In this document: positions 10,790-21,553 of the stretch, piece by piece | Layout of the letters: each line of letters begins with the position of its first letter | Position numbering within the stretch: position 1 is the first letter of the stretch | Notes under the pieces: generated by a model | What the model was told of the DNA's origin: nothing | The model's input: only the letters and a program-made list of their open reading frames with translations | Database searches by the model: none | Position numbers and translations under genes: made by a program | NCBI GenBank assembly: GCA_035284825.1 | Contig: JAYKHG010000106.1 | Location: 1-37,511 of the forward strand | Source of the DNA: Cyanobacteriota bacterium | GTDB taxonomy: Bacteria > Cyanobacteriota > Cyanobacteriia > PCC-6307 > Cyanobiaceae | Length of the DNA stretch: 37,511 bases | Direction of reading: 5' to 3'

Positions 10790-11637
10790 CAGGAGAGGCC
10801 AGCCGGGTCGGGTAAAGACAAGCGGCGGCCGTAGAGCCACCAAAGGCCGATGGCCCCAAGGGCGATCATCAACAAACTCACCAGTTGGGCCATGCGCAGT
10901 CCGCCGCTGCAAAAGGGTGGTTGGGAGAGCAGGCAGAGGGGATCTAGGCGGAGGCCTTCAATCCAGAAACGACCGCTGCTGTAGGCCATCAAATAAACAC
11001 AGCTCAGGGCACCTGGCGGCAGCTCAAGCCGCCCCCGGGAGCTCTGCCGGAAGAGGACCAACAGCAAGGCGCACACACCCAGGTTCCACAGGGATTCATA
11101 GAGAAAAGTGGGATGGAACGTGGCCTGGTTGAAGAATTCAGGCGGGCGGCGAGATGGGGGGATGGTGAGCTTCCATGGCAGATCGGTGGGAAGACCAAAC
11201 GCCTCTGAATTGAAGAAGTTTCCCCAGCGGCCCATCGCCTGCCCCAGGGCCACAGCGGGCATGAGCACATCCACCAGGGGCCAAAAGCGTTGGCGATGCC
11301 AACGGCAGAACAACACGGTGGCCAGGGTGCCCCCAAGGAGAGCTCCATGGATGGCGATGCCCCCATGCCAGACGGCCAGCATTTCTCCCCACTGCCCTTG
11401 GTAGTGGCGCCATTCCAGGAGGACGTAGTAGATCCTGGCCCCGAGCACGGCACCAATGACGAGAATTGGCAGCAGATCGCTCACAAGGGCTGGATCGATG
11501 CCTCGGCGCCCCGCCAGGCGACGTGCCAGCAGAAGACCGAGGACCACGGCTGCGGCGATCAGCAGCCCGTACCAGCGAAGTGTGAAGGGCCCCAGCTGGA
11601 GCTGGGGCCCGGGGGAGGTGAACAGGGCCAGGGGCAT
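10789..11637 (-). CDS. lgt: Prolipoprotein diacylglyceryl transferase
   Basis: [56 protein letters not shown]. Confidence 0.95.
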   Translation of the reverse strand: MPLALFTSPGPQLQLGPFTLRWYGLLIAAAVVLGLLLARRLAGRRGIDPALVSDLLPILVIGAVLGARIYYVLLEWRHYQGQWGEMLAVWHGGIAIHGALLGGTLATVLFCRWHRQRFWPLVDVLMPAVALGQAMGRWGNFFNSEAFGLPTDLPWKLTIPPSRRPPEFFNQATFHPTFLYESLWNLGVCALLLVLFRQSSRGRLELPPGALSCVYLMAYSSGRFWIEGLRLDPLCLLSQPPFCSGGLRMAQLVSLLMIALGAIGLWWLYGRRLSLPDPAGLS

Positions 11638-11651
11638 GGAGGTGGCTGGGG

Positions 11652-12599
11652 TCAGACGATCCCCTCAGCCGCCTGGACTTTCTCCACCTGACGCTTCTTC
11701 AGCACCAGCAGGATCTGGGCCAGGGCCACGGAACCCAAGAAGGCCAGTAGTCCATAGATCCGGAATGGATTTTGGAGAACCACCTCGGCATCCACCTGGC
11801 CGAACCCTCCAACGTTGGGATCATTGCTCAAAGGAGCTCCAGCCTCCACGGCTTCACCCACCTTCACGATTAACGTGGGACCTGCGGGCACCGTTTCCGT
11901 GACCGAGCTGCCATCGGCCTTGGTGATCTCAATCACCTGGCCACCTTTCTCATCTTCCGTGATGGAGGCAATGGTGCCGGCGACGGGGGCGGTGAAGACA
12001 CCGTTGTTGCTCTTCTCACCCGTCGGATACACCTGGCCACGGCCACGGTTTCCACCCACGTGGAGCTGATATTTACCGAAGTGGATGCTGTTGTCCGTGG
12101 CTGGATCGGGAGAGAGGATCGGGAAAACAATCGTTTGGTGCTGTTCGCCGGGAAGGGGACCCACCAAGAGAATGTTGGGCTGGGTTTCGCTGTATTGGGT
12201 ATAATAAATCCCGGTGGTTTCTTCCTTCAGTTCTTCGCTCAATCGCTCAGGTGGGGCGAGCTTGAAGCCCTCGGGCAACATCACCACAGCCCCCACGTTC
12301 AGTCCGGTGGCAGATCCATCCGCTGCCACCTGCTTCACCGTGGCGTCATAGGGAATCTTCACCTCAGCCTTGAACACCGTGTCGGGGAAGACCGCCTGGG
12401 GCACCTCCACCCGGGTGACTTTCTTTGCCAGGTGGCAGTTGGCACAAACCAATTTGCCCGTAGCTTCGCGGGGACTCGCGTAGTTCTGCTGCGCCCAGAA
12501 GGGATAGGCCCAGCTGGGGCTGGCCCCCCCGAGCAGGGCGGTGAGGGAGAGGGAGAGGGAGGGGAGGGTGGCGAGGAGGGCCTGAAGGGGACGACGCAT
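11652..12599 (-). CDS. petA: Apocytochrome f
   Basis: Signal peptide then [23 protein letters not shown] (heme motif), [12 protein letters not shown]-terminal TM and [13 protein letters not shown]. Confidence 0.97.
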   Translation of the reverse strand: MRRPLQALLATLPSLSLSLTALLGGASPSWAYPFWAQQNYASPREATGKLVCANCHLAKKVTRVEVPQAVFPDTVFKAEVKIPYDATVKQVAADGSATGLNVGAVVMLPEGFKLAPPERLSEELKEETTGIYYTQYSETQPNILLVGPLPGEQHQTIVFPILSPDPATDNSIHFGKYQLHVGGNRGRGQVYPTGEKSNNGVFTAPVAGTIASITEDEKGGQVIEITKADGSSVTETVPAGPTLIVKVGEAVEAGAPLSNDPNVGGFGQVDAEVVLQNPFRIYGLLAFLGSVALAQILLVLKKRQVEKVQAAEGIV

Positions 12600-12655
12600 G
12601 GGTGAAACGGCGGAAGCAGGCAAACGGAAGGGGGAGGGGAAAGGGGGTGGGAAGA

Positions 12656-13204
12656 TCAGGCCCACCAGGGGGACTCTCCGGTGCGGAAGTCGGTTTCCGT
12701 CCACTGGCTCACAAATACGGTGTCGTTATCCACGGAGACATGGGCCAAGGCGAGGGAGAGGGGCGCCGGTCCACGAACCACCTTTCCTGTGGCGTCGTAT
12801 TGACTGCCATGGCAGGGGCACATGAACTTATTGGCTCCACTGTTCCAGGGCACAACGCAGCCCAGGTGGGTGCAGATGGCGTTGATGCCGTAGTTGCCGA
12901 TGGCCTCAGGACCCTCCACGATCAAGTAGGTGGGGTCTCCCTTGAGGCCCTGAACCAAGCTTCGATCGCCTTCCTTGTGGGAAGAGAGCCAACCTGTCGC
13001 GGTGACCGTGTTGCCCAACTCATCTTTTGCCGTGGTGCCACCGCCGGCCCCAGCCGCCTTGGGGGGAATGAAGTAACGGACCACTGGATAGAGGGCACCA
13101 AGGGTGACCCCAGTGATGGTGCCGAAGGTGAGCAAATTCATAAACTGCCGTCGCCCCATTCCGGGCACGTCAGCAGAGGAAGACGCAGCAGGAATCTGGG
13201 TCAT
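12656..13204 (-). CDS. petC: Cytochrome b6f Rieske iron-sulfur subunit
   Basis: Tat-type RRQFMNLL; CTHLGCVV and CPCHGSQY Rieske boxes. Confidence 0.97.
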   Translation of the reverse strand: MTQIPAASSSADVPGMGRRQFMNLLTFGTITGVTLGALYPVVRYFIPPKAAGAGGGTTAKDELGNTVTATGWLSSHKEGDRSLVQGLKGDPTYLIVEGPEAIGNYGINAICTHLGCVVPWNSGANKFMCPCHGSQYDATGKVVRGPAPLSLALAHVSVDNDTVFVSQWTETDFRTGESPWWA

Positions 13205-13242
13205 ATGGCAGAACGGGAAGGGCGGCGGGCTTTCGCCAGGAC

Positions 13243-13248
13243 ATTATG
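13243..13248 (-). promoter_or_regulatory. Putative -10 element (CATAAT) for petCA
   Basis: Near-consensus hexamer 38 nt upstream of the petC ATG. Confidence 0.4.
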
Positions 13249-13345
13249 AACTGCACCCGGTCGTTGCTGGGAGCGAAAGGCCGCCTCCGGTGGAAGGCTT
13301 CACGGTTCGATGTGTGGTGAAAGGCCCCACAATGATTTCGCTGCG

Positions 13346-13693
13346 ATGACACCACAGCCCATGGCCGAGCCCGAGGTCGCCCTCAGCGCCGCTGAGTTGA
13401 TCGGGTTGCTGCAGCGCCGTTGGCAAGCCTCCTATGACCTGAGGCTGGTGCAGCGTCAGGGTCGCCTCTACTTCCAAGTGATGTGGGGGCATCTGGAGCA
13501 GCAGTCGTTCCCGATGGGTCCGCAGGCCTATGGCGAAAGGGTGGAACAGGTGGCGGCCACGCTGAATGCCTTGGGGGTGGCTGACCAGGTGCGCACCTGG
13601 TTGGAGCAGGGAAAGGATCGACCCAGGATCGGCAAAGCCCTCTCCCTTGCCCTGGTGGTGTCGGATGCTCGGGCCGTGGAGTTCCTGCTTTGA
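13346..13693 (+). CDS. DUF3067-family conserved cyanobacterial protein
   Basis: LLQRRWQASYDLRLVQRQGRLYFQVMWGHLEQQSFPM...RPRIGKALSL...RAVEFLL; divergent from petC as is usual in cyanobacteria. Alternative ATG at 13361. Confidence 0.8.
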   Translation: MTPQPMAEPEVALSAAELIGLLQRRWQASYDLRLVQRQGRLYFQVMWGHLEQQSFPMGPQAYGERVEQVAATLNALGVADQVRTWLEQGKDRPRIGKALSLALVVSDARAVEFLL

Positions 13694-13703
13694 GTGGTTT
13701 GGG

Positions 13704-14516
13704 TCAAGGAAGACTGGAGGGGCGTGGGAGCCAACGTCCCGACTGACTCAGGGCCACCAAGGCCACGCCAAGGGCGTAGAGGGCCGTGATGGCCCCGGAG
13801 AGAAGCAGCATGGTGATCGGATCCGTGGATGGGGTGAGGACCGCTCCAGCGAGGGCACTCACCAGCACAACCCAACGCCAGGCCCGCACCATGGTGGGTG
13901 CATCCAGCAAACCCAGCGCTCCGAGCACCAGTTGCAACACCGGGAGCTGGAAGGCCAGGGCGGTGGCCACCATCAGCAACAGCACAAAATCCAAATACCG
14001 CTCAATGGACCAGAGAGGCTCCACCACATCGGCGCCATAGCTGACAAGAAACCTCAAGGCGGCCGGCACCAGGGCCCACCAGGCAAACGCCAAGCCGGCG
14101 AAAAAGAGCAGGCTGGAGGCCCCCACCGCAGGGGCCAAAAGGCGCCGTTCCCGCCGAGTCAACCCCGGCAGCACGAACGCCAGCCCCTCAAACAACCACC
14201 AGGGAAGGGCCAGCACCAAACCCGCATAGCCCGCCACTTTCAGGGAGACCAGGAGAAATTCCCCAGGCGCCAACTGCAAGAAGCGGATGCCTTGGGCGGG
14301 TTGCTCCAGGAGCCTGACCAGAGGGCGCACCACCAGCAGGGCGGCGGCGGCGGCCACCACCAGCACCAAAAGACCCCGGAGGATGCGCCGGCGCAGTTCC
14401 TCCAAATGCTCCACCAGGGTCATCTCCACGTCCCCTGGCAACTCATCCTCGAAGCTGATGGCCTCCTCCGGTGAAGGGGACTCGGAAGGGTGGGACAGGG
14501 GGGAGAGGTCGTTCAT
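13704..14516 (-). CDS. tatC: Twin-arginine translocase subunit TatC
   Basis: EMTLVEHLEELRRRI, LAPGEF, FVLPGLTRRERR, FQLPV, AVLTPSTDPITM. Confidence 0.95.
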   Translation of the reverse strand: MNDLSPLSHPSESPSPEEAISFEDELPGDVEMTLVEHLEELRRRILRGLLVLVVAAAAALLVVRPLVRLLEQPAQGIRFLQLAPGEFLLVSLKVAGYAGLVLALPWWLFEGLAFVLPGLTRRERRLLAPAVGASSLLFFAGLAFAWWALVPAALRFLVSYGADVVEPLWSIERYLDFVLLLMVATALAFQLPVLQLVLGALGLLDAPTMVRAWRWVVLVSALAGAVLTPSTDPITMLLLSGAITALYALGVALVALSQSGRWLPRPSSLP

Positions 14517-14530
14517 GGCTGGTGGTGAGC

Positions 14531-16246
14531 TTAGGAACCCCCCAGCAGCGGTTGGGCCTGCTCAGGATGCCCCCAAAGGATCTCCCCCCCCCGATGGCGC
14601 ACGGTGCCGATGGCACTTCCGGGAAGCCGTTGCAATCCTTCCGTGGGCACCATCACCACCGGGACCCTGGTGTTCCCCCTCCCACGGCTGAAGTGGGCCG
14701 CGAGATCCGCCGCGGCCTTGAGGTCCGCATCAGCAGGAGGCCCTGCGGATGCTTTCAACACCACGTGGCTGCCCGGCACCTCCTGGGCGTGAAACCAGAG
14801 ATCGCCCCGGCGGGCCTGCCGGAGGCTGATCCAATCGTTCTGGCGATGGTTGCGCCCCACCTGGAGGCAGAGGCCTGACGGGGAAAGGAGTTCAAGGGGA
14901 TGGGGTGCGGTTCTTTCGCCTTCCCCCCGCCGCCTTTGGGGTCCCCCCTTCGAGGGAGCTGACCTGGCCTTGGGTTCCAGATGTTGGAGGTCTTCCTCCA
15001 GGGCGGCCAGCTGATCCGCCTGATCGGCCTGGTCCGCAAACACCATGGCCTCCTCCAGCCAGGCCAATCTTTGCTGGTGGGCTTGCACCCGGGGGGTGAT
15101 GGCGGCCACTGAACGGCGCAGTTTGCGCGCCCGCTTGTAGAGGGCCTGTGCCTCTTGAATCTGGTCCTTGGGGGGGCAGGGGAGGCAAAGCAGCGCGTCC
15201 GCCTGCCGTTGCAGCTCTTCACTTCCCGCCGCAGCCACCAGGAGGGCCTCCTGTTCGGCCAGCTGACGCCCCTCCCGCTCCCGCAGAGCCCCGAGACGGT
15301 GGAGCAGCGTTTGGCGGTCCTGGCGCAGCTTGCGGGCGTCCAACCAACCCTGGGTGATCCGGGCGAGGGCCCCGTTCATCACCAGCGGCCCCGATGGATG
15401 GTCCGGGGCTGAAGGCCCTTGCCAGCAGCGCAGCTCCCCCCGGGAGGTGAGGCTCCATGCAAACCGTTCCTCTTCCACCGCTTGGAGCCAGCCTTGCCAC
15501 TGCCGCCAAAGTCGGTCCCACTGCAGGGCATCCAGCTCCTGCACCAGCTGTCCAGATGGGAGCGGGTCTCCCCCCGGACTGGAGGCCTCCAGAAGCTGGC
15601 GCACCAGGGTGGGGCTCACCCCTTGGTAGGACTCCATCAACGCCTCAGAGAGGGGTTGGGGTAGGGCCAACAGGCGACGTTGCCAGCTTTCGAAGGATTC
15701 CACCCTTCGGGGTGGTTCCCCCCGCAGAGGAGGAGGTGGGCTGTACGGGTCCCCCGTGCCAATGGGTCGCCACCTGGACTGCTCCAGACGCACCTGTCGT
15801 CCCAAGGCAATCACCTGTCCCTGGGCATGGAGCAGAAAAAAGTTGCTATGGCGACCCATCAGCTCCAGCACCAGCTGGCGCTGGACCGGTTCACCGGGGC
15901 GGGGGGCGAAATCAAGGGTGACGACCCGCTCCCAGCCCTGCTGTCCAATGGCCACAAGGGCCAGGCCCCTCAGCCCATGCTGCACCTGCCGGGCCAAGGT
16001 GCTGCCATCCCCTTGCCTTGGTGGGGGGGGGATGGCGAGCAGCCGTGGGGCTTCCGCCATCCAGCTGAGTTCGAGCCACTGCAGGCCCCCCAGATGACGG
16101 ATGGCCAGTTGGAGGGTGTGCCCATCGCTCTGTTGGGCTTTCTCAAACCGGCTGGGCACCAGGGCGGCCCTGAGCTCCCCCACCAGGGCACGGAGGGTGG
16201 TGGCATCGATGGGAGTCAGGCGTGGGTTGGGTTGGGACTGGCCCAT
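14531..16246 (-). CDS. NFACT family protein (RqcH/FbpA-like, ribosome quality control)
   Basis: [36 protein letters not shown]-terminal [12 protein letters not shown]...[16 protein letters not shown]...[10 protein letters not shown]. Confidence 0.88.
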   Translation of the reverse strand: MGQSQPNPRLTPIDATTLRALVGELRAALVPSRFEKAQQSDGHTLQLAIRHLGGLQWLELSWMAEAPRLLAIPPPPRQGDGSTLARQVQHGLRGLALVAIGQQGWERVVTLDFAPRPGEPVQRQLVLELMGRHSNFFLLHAQGQVIALGRQVRLEQSRWRPIGTGDPYSPPPPLRGEPPRRVESFESWQRRLLALPQPLSEALMESYQGVSPTLVRQLLEASSPGGDPLPSGQLVQELDALQWDRLWRQWQGWLQAVEEERFAWSLTSRGELRCWQGPSAPDHPSGPLVMNGALARITQGWLDARKLRQDRQTLLHRLGALREREGRQLAEQEALLVAAAGSEELQRQADALLCLPCPPKDQIQEAQALYKRARKLRRSVAAITPRVQAHQQRLAWLEEAMVFADQADQADQLAALEEDLQHLEPKARSAPSKGGPQRRRGEGERTAPHPLELLSPSGLCLQVGRNHRQNDWISLRQARRGDLWFHAQEVPGSHVVLKASAGPPADADLKAAADLAAHFSRGRGNTRVPVVMVPTEGLQRLPGSAIGTVRHRGGEILWGHPEQAQPLLGGS

Positions 16247-16298
16247 CGGCGGGAAGGGCTTCGGCGACCTCTACTGTGCGGCGACTGCAGCCGAAAGG

Positions 16299-16898
16299 AT
16301 GACCATCCCCTCGCGCAACTCCACCCTAGAGGGACTGGGACGGCTCACGGTGCTCACCGGACCCAGTGGGGTGGGGAAGGGAACCCTGGTGCGGGCCCTG
16401 TTGAAGCGCCACCCTGAGCTGTGGCTCTCGGTGTCGGCCACCACCCGCGCTCCCCGCCAAGGGGAGGAGGAAGGGGTGCATTACTTCTTCCTGACGGCGG
16501 AGGACTTTGAGCAACGGGTGAGGGGGGATGGATTCCTTGAATGGGCCAGCTTTGCCGGCAACTGTTACGGCACTCCACGGGCGGCGGTTGAACAGCGTTT
16601 GGCAGCTGGCCAACCCGTGTTGCTGGAAATCGAGCTGGAGGGGGCCCGCCAGGTGCGCCGCAGCTGTCCCATCGGCCTGCAGATCTTCGTGGCTCCTCCC
16701 TCCTTTGAGGAGCTGGAGCGAAGAATTCGCGCCCGCGGCACGGAGGCGGAAGAGGCGATTCAGCGGAGACTGGCCCGCGCCCGGGAGGAACTTGCCGCAG
16801 CCAAGGAATTCGACGCGGTGCTGGTCAATGGCGATCTGGAAGCGGCTGGCCATGAGCTGGAGCACCTCATGGGCCTAACGGGCACAAGAGTTGTTTGA
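16299..16898 (+). CDS. gmk: Guanylate kinase
   Basis: [58 protein letters not shown]-like GAAAGG and -10-like TACTGT (16272-16277) upstream. Confidence 0.95.
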   Translation: MTIPSRNSTLEGLGRLTVLTGPSGVGKGTLVRALLKRHPELWLSVSATTRAPRQGEEEGVHYFFLTAEDFEQRVRGDGFLEWASFAGNCYGTPRAAVEQRLAAGQPVLLEIELEGARQVRRSCPIGLQIFVAPPSFEELERRIRARGTEAEEAIQRRLARAREELAAAKEFDAVLVNGDLEAAGHELEHLMGLTGTRVV

Positions 16899-16911
16899 TA
16901 AGGCCGCCAAC

Positions 16912-16937
16912 AAAAAACGGCCCTTGGGGCCGTTTTG
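16912..16937. terminator. Bidirectional rho-independent terminator between convergent gmk and psaJ
   Basis: AAAACGGCCC-TTG-GGGCCGTTTT perfect 10-bp stem with an A-run on the left and a T-run on the right. Confidence 0.85.
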
Positions 16938-16962
16938 ATGAATGGAAGGAGATTTGGCTGAA

Positions 16963-17079
16963 CTAGAGCGGATGGAACAGAAGGTCGGGATAAAAACGAT
17001 TGAATTCGATCATGATTCCAGCCGTGATTGTGAACCAGATGGCCGCAAAAACAGGTGCTGTGGTGAGGAACTTTTTCAT
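16963..17079 (-). CDS. psaJ: Photosystem I subunit IX
   Basis: [38 protein letters not shown], directly downstream of psaF. Confidence 0.95.
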   Translation of the reverse strand: MKKFLTTAPVFAAIWFTITAGIMIEFNRFYPDLLFHPL

Positions 17080-17128
17080 GGTGTTTTCGGCTGCTAGGCC
17101 ATGAAGGGGTGGAGTGTGGGTTGAGGAT

Positions 17129-17608
17129 TTAACGGGGGGAGACGGTGACTTTGCTATCGGCCTCAACCAACTTTCCACCCGTGTATTCCCGAAGGGCTGC
17201 AAGGGGCCAGCTTGCTGCGGCGAGGGTGCTTTTGAAGGCGAGAGGAAGATCAATCTGGATCTCTTTCATCGTCGCGTCCTTGTCGCCGCGAACAGCAATC
17301 AGATAGGTGCGACCAGCCCAACCAATGCAGCCGGCGATGTAGAGAAAGGCAATGCCAGGAATGATGAAGTCACCGGCATGGCTCCAACGCCCATCCACAA
17401 TCAGGTGGGGCAGGCCATCGGTACCACAGAGAGCTTGGCTGTAAAGCTTGAAGCGGGCTTTGGCCTGTTCGGTTTTGGCGGCTCCAGCCCGTTGCTGGAA
17501 ACGGACATTTTCCGTGCAGGGCGTGAGGCCACCGATATCGGCTTGGGCCGTGGGCGCCCATCCAAAGATCAGGAAGGTGGCGAGGAGAACGGCGAAGAGA
17601 CGGCGCAT
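17129..17608 (-). CDS. psaF: Photosystem I subunit III
   Basis: [56 protein letters not shown]. Confidence 0.96.
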   Translation of the reverse strand: MRRLFAVLLATFLIFGWAPTAQADIGGLTPCTENVRFQQRAGAAKTEQAKARFKLYSQALCGTDGLPHLIVDGRWSHAGDFIIPGIAFLYIAGCIGWAGRTYLIAVRGDKDATMKEIQIDLPLAFKSTLAAASWPLAALREYTGGKLVEADSKVTVSPR

Positions 17609-17666
17609 GGATGGGGGCCGCGGGTCAGGATGTCATCGCGGAGAGTAAGGGAGGGCCAAGGGGCCC

Positions 17667-18722
17667 ATGCCATCAGTTCTGGCCCTCGAAACAAGTTGTG
17701 ACGAGTCCGCCGCCGCCATTGTTGGTGAGCAAGGGATTCTGGCTTCTGCGGTGGCCTCCCAAGTGGAGGAGCATGCCCGGTGGGGAGGTGTCGTGCCGGA
17801 GATCGCCTCAAGGCGGCATCTGGAGGCTCTACCAGGGTTGATTGAAAGGGTGCAACGGGAGAGTGGGTTGCCGTTGAAGGCCATTGACGCCATCGCAGCC
17901 ACGGTGACGCCTGGCCTGGTGGGGGCCCTTTTGGTCGGATCCGTGATGGGTCGCACCCTGGCCCGACTCCACAACAAGCCCTTTCTGGGGGTGCATCATC
18001 TGGAGGGGCACCTGTGGTCTGCCTGGCTGGAGGTGAGCCCTCCACCATTGCCCCATCTGGTGTTGCTTGTGAGCGGCGGGCATACCGAATTGATTCGGGT
18101 GGATGGTCCTGGGCGATATCAGCGGCTGGGTCGCAGCAGGGATGATGCCGCCGGTGAATGTTTCGACAAGGTGGCCCGGGTGCTGGGGTTGGGCTATCCG
18201 GGTGGTCCGGCCGTGGAGCAGGCCGCCAAGGAGGGGGATGCGAAGCGTTTTGCCTTTCCGAAAGGGAGGGTGTCGCTCCCGGGGGGGGGATTCCATCCCT
18301 ACGACTTCAGTTTCAGCGGTCTCAAAACGGCCGTCGGGCGTCAGGTGAAGCAACTGCGGGATCTTGGCTCCCCCCTTCCCATCGCCGATTTGGCCGCCAG
18401 TTTCGAACAGGTGGTGGCGGAGGTGCTGGTGGATCGAAGCCTGCGCTGTGCCGAGGACGGGGGGCTGGACACCCTGGTGCTCGTGGGGGGGGTGGCGGCG
18501 AATCGGAGGCTTCGTTGCCTGCTGCAGGAGCGGGCTGGCGCCCGGGGGATTCAGTGGCAGGTGGCCCCCCTTTCCTATTGCACAGATAATGCGGCCATGA
18601 TTGGACGAGCAGCCCTGCAAAGGCTGATGGAGGGACAGGCCAGCTCGATTCGGTTAGGGGTGGCCGCCCGTTGCCCCTTGGAGGAGGCCAGCCGGCTTTA
18701 CGAGCCCCATCCATGCTTTTAA
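17667..18722 (+). CDS. tsaD: tRNA N6-adenosine threonylcarbamoyltransferase
   Basis: [66 protein letters not shown]. Confidence 0.96.
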   Translation: MPSVLALETSCDESAAAIVGEQGILASAVASQVEEHARWGGVVPEIASRRHLEALPGLIERVQRESGLPLKAIDAIAATVTPGLVGALLVGSVMGRTLARLHNKPFLGVHHLEGHLWSAWLEVSPPPLPHLVLLVSGGHTELIRVDGPGRYQRLGRSRDDAAGECFDKVARVLGLGYPGGPAVEQAAKEGDAKRFAFPKGRVSLPGGGFHPYDFSFSGLKTAVGRQVKQLRDLGSPLPIADLAASFEQVVAEVLVDRSLRCAEDGGLDTLVLVGGVAANRRLRCLLQERAGARGIQWQVAPLSYCTDNAAMIGRAALQRLMEGQASSIRLGVAARCPLEEASRLYEPHPCF

Positions 18723-18842
18723 AGCCCAGGTGCGGTCAGAGCCGAGGGCAGCCGTCGCGAAGACGCACCGATCCATCCATTTCTCGCTGAATCCAGTAGA
18801 TTTCCTTTTCTTTTCTGGCCCAACTCGAGCTGGGTCTCAGCC

Positions 18843-19055
18843 ATGGCAACGGCTCCCCACTCCGACATGCCCCAAGAGAGGCTGGATTCATCCGAACCCG
18901 ATGCTCAGCCGGAACCTGTCTCCCAGCGGGAATTGAATGCTTGGCGAAGGGGGTTCACACCCCAAGCGGAGATTTGGAATGGCAGGTTGGCGATGGTGGG
19001 TCTTTCCGTGGGTCTCACCGTGTTGCTCCTGGCCAGGCTGTCTCACCACAGCTGA
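18843..19055 (+). CDS. hli: High-light inducible protein (Hli/SCP)
   Basis: GFTPQAEIWNGRLAMVG chlorophyll-binding ExxNxR motif plus one TM helix; -10-like TAGATT at 18797-18802. Confidence 0.9.
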   Translation: MATAPHSDMPQERLDSSEPDAQPEPVSQRELNAWRRGFTPQAEIWNGRLAMVGLSVGLTVLLLARLSHHS

Positions 19056-19068
19056 TGCCACCTCTGGA

Positions 19069-20292
19069 TTAGGAGCCCTCCCGCGCGGCCAGGTCGAGTT
19101 CTTTGGGTTTCAGGCTGTGGTGCATGGCTTCCTCCAGGGTGACGCGTCCCTGCTCCACCAGGCGAAGCAAGGATTGATTAAACGTCATCATGCCGTCGGC
19201 TGAACCCCGCGCCATGACCGCCTCGATGCCATCAAGCTGCCCACTTTCGATATAGTCTGAACAATCATCGGTATTTATAAAGAAATCGTAATATCCTGTT
19301 CTCTTCCCGCCTATTGTTTTTATTAATCCCTGGGAAACAATTGCAACTAGAGTTTCGGAAATCCTATGGCGCATGCTCTCCTGATCTTGGGATGTTGATA
19401 AACCAAGCATCCATCCCATCGTCCGAACCACAGAGGTGGTGTGAAGGGTCCCCAAAACCAGGTGTCCCGCCTGGGCAGCTTCGATGGCGGTACTGAGTGT
19501 TTCATGATTTCGGATCGCGCCAAGGACGATGACGTCAGGGTCCTCCCGAAGGGAAGCACGCAGGGCATTGGGCAGCAACTTGGTGTGCAATCCAACCTCC
19601 CGCTGGCGCACGAGAGAAAGCTGGCTTTCATGCACGAATTCCACCGGATCTTCTATTGTCAGAATATGGCGTTTCATGGTGGTATTAATATGATTAACCA
19701 GGGCCGCCAGGGTGGTGGTTTTCCCTGATCCCGTTGGACCGGTGATCAGGATTAAACCTTTCGTCCGTTCCGATAGGTTTTTCAGCTGGGATGGAAGATC
19801 TAATTGGTCAATTGTTGGGATCTGCGTGGGGATGAGCCGCAACACCATGGCACTTCCCCGCACTGTTTCCAGGGCATTGATTCGCACACGCACAAAAGGA
19901 AAGCTATAGGAACCGTCGTACTCCTTTTCGCGATTAAAAACATCAATATCAGAGGGTTCGAGAATTTGGCGGAGCCACTCTCGAAACGTGGTTTTGTCCG
20001 TCGATGGCCACGCTGTCCGAACGATCTCCCCCCGGCTGCGGAAGCGGGGCTCTTCCCCCACGCCAAGGTGAACATCCGAAAAATGATTCGCAAATGCGAT
20101 TCGCACAATCTCTGCCACCGTGGCGGGAAGTTGGGAAGGAATTCCCGGTAGGGGCAACCCTGGCTGCTGGCTTTCCCCGCTGAGGGATCCCTGCGGCGGG
20201 GGAGGCGGTGGTGGGGGGGGCGCGGCCGATCCCCCCGTGGTCTTCGCAAACGGATCGGAACCCACGGGGCGCGGCGAGGAAGATTGGGCCAT
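19069..20292 (-). CDS. pilT: PilT-family type IV pilus retraction ATPase homologue with degenerate Walker B
   Basis: FSDVHLGVGEEPRFR, Walker A GPTGSGKTTT, Asp box TIEDPVEF..RQREVG, LREDPDVIVLGAIRN (canonical GEMRD/GEIRD), His box GHLVLGTLHT, GMMTFNQSL; Pro-rich N-terminus. Confidence 0.85.
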   Translation of the reverse strand: MAQSSSPRPVGSDPFAKTTGGSAAPPPPPPPPPQGSLSGESQQPGLPLPGIPSQLPATVAEIVRIAFANHFSDVHLGVGEEPRFRSRGEIVRTAWPSTDKTTFREWLRQILEPSDIDVFNREKEYDGSYSFPFVRVRINALETVRGSAMVLRLIPTQIPTIDQLDLPSQLKNLSERTKGLILITGPTGSGKTTTLAALVNHINTTMKRHILTIEDPVEFVHESQLSLVRQREVGLHTKLLPNALRASLREDPDVIVLGAIRNHETLSTAIEAAQAGHLVLGTLHTTSVVRTMGWMLGLSTSQDQESMRHRISETLVAIVSQGLIKTIGGKRTGYYDFFINTDDCSDYIESGQLDGIEAVMARGSADGMMTFNQSLLRLVEQGRVTLEEAMHHSLKPKELDLAAREGS

Positions 20293-20401
20293 GGCCCCAC
20301 GTCAACGGTTGGGTCATGGTGCCATTCCTCCCAACCCACCGCAGTGGCCAGGCAGGGTGGACGATCGCCATCCCTAGGATCAAGGGGTCTGCAACCGGGT
20401 C

Positions 20402-21553
20402 TTGTCTGCTGCTGCCGGTGCCCTGCCGCTGGTCACCATCGTTTTGGGCACCCGCCCTGAAGCCATCAAGCTGGCGCCTGTGATCCTGGCGTTTCTACGG
20501 GCTGAGGACTTTCGAACACGGGTGGTGCTCACCGGGCAACACCGGGAAATGGTGAATCAGGTGATGGACCTGTTTGGGCTCAAGGCGGATCATGACCTGG
20601 CGCTGATGGCGCCCCAGCAGACCCTCACCCATGTCACCTGCGCCGCCCTGCAGGGCCTAAGGGAGGAATTCCTGAGCCATCGGCCCGACCTTGTGCTGGT
20701 GCAGGGAGACACCACCACGGCCTTTGCCAGTGCCCTGGCCGCCTTCTATGAGCAGATCCCCGTGGGACATGTGGAGGCCGGCCTGCGCACGGACAACCTC
20801 CTTGATCCCTTCCCGGAGGAGGCCAACCGACGGCTGATCTCCCAGATCGCCCACCTGCACTTTGCCCCCACGGAGCGCTCGGCCGCCAATCTGAAGGCAT
20901 CCGGAGTGGTGGGCGAAACGATCACCACCGGCAACACGGTGATCGATGCTCTGCTGCAAATGGCGGAAACCGCTCCAGAGCTGGAGGTGCCAGGCCTTGC
21001 CTGGAGCCACCACCGCGTTCTGCTGGCTACGGTGCACAGGAGGGAAAACTGGGGCGAGCGCCTGGAAGACATCGGCAGAGGTTTTCTGGCGCTCCTGGAT
21101 CTTTTCCCCGACACCGCACTATTGCTGCCCCTGCACCGCAACCCCACCGTGCGGGAGCCCCTCCAGGCTCTCCTGGGTCAACATCCCAGGGCTTTCCTCA
21201 CCGAACCCCTCGACTATGACCGTCTGGTGGCGGCCATGAGGGGCTGCACCTTGCTGCTGACGGATTCCGGTGGGTTGCAAGAGGAAGCCCCAGCCCTGGG
21301 AAAACCCGTGCTTGTGCTACGCCGCACCACGGAACGCCCCGAGGCCATTGATGCGGGCACGGCCAAATTGGTGGGCACCGAGAGCACCTCGATCGTGGCG
21401 GAGGCCAGTCGTCTCCTCCAAGACCCTGGGGCCTATGCCGCCATGGCCCAAGCCCACAATCCCTTCGGCGATGGTTATGCCAGTGGGCGAATCCTCGCCG
21501 CGGCCAGGAGGTTCATGGCTTCTTCTGCTTCGCCCAGGGGGGCAGATCGATGA
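20402..21553 (+). CDS. wecB: UDP-N-acetylglucosamine 2-epimerase (non-hydrolysing)
   Basis: [65 protein letters not shown]; TTG start, TAGGAT at 20375-20380. Confidence 0.93.
   Translation: MSAAAGALPLVTIVLGTRPEAIKLAPVILAFLRAEDFRTRVVLTGQHREMVNQVMDLFGLKADHDLALMAPQQTLTHVTCAALQGLREEFLSHRPDLVLVQGDTTTAFASALAAFYEQIPVGHVEAGLRTDNLLDPFPEEANRRLISQIAHLHFAPTERSAANLKASGVVGETITTGNTVIDALLQMAETAPELEVPGLAWSHHRVLLATVHRRENWGERLEDIGRGFLALLDLFPDTALLLPLHRNPTVREPLQALLGQHPRAFLTEPLDYDRLVAAMRGCTLLLTDSGGLQEEAPALGKPVLVLRRTTERPEAIDAGTAKLVGTESTSIVAEASRLLQDPGAYAAMAQAHNPFGDGYASGRILAAARRFMASSASPRGADR

Noticed and set aside
13214-13300. Short hairpins upstream of petC (GGC-GAAA-GCC; GCCTTCC-ACC-GGAGGC) as a cis-regulatory RNA
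   Set aside because: Stems are short for GC-rich DNA and match no RNA family I recognise.
18281-18289. G9/C9 homopolymers (also 14584-14592, 27950-27958) as phase-variation switches
   Set aside because: All are in frame within Gly/Pro codons of conserved genes, one of them essential (tsaD); expected in GC-rich DNA.
19200-19550. Diversity-generating retroelement target as the cause of pilT divergence
   Set aside because: No reverse transcriptase or template/variable repeat pair in the window, and the changes are not confined to adenines.
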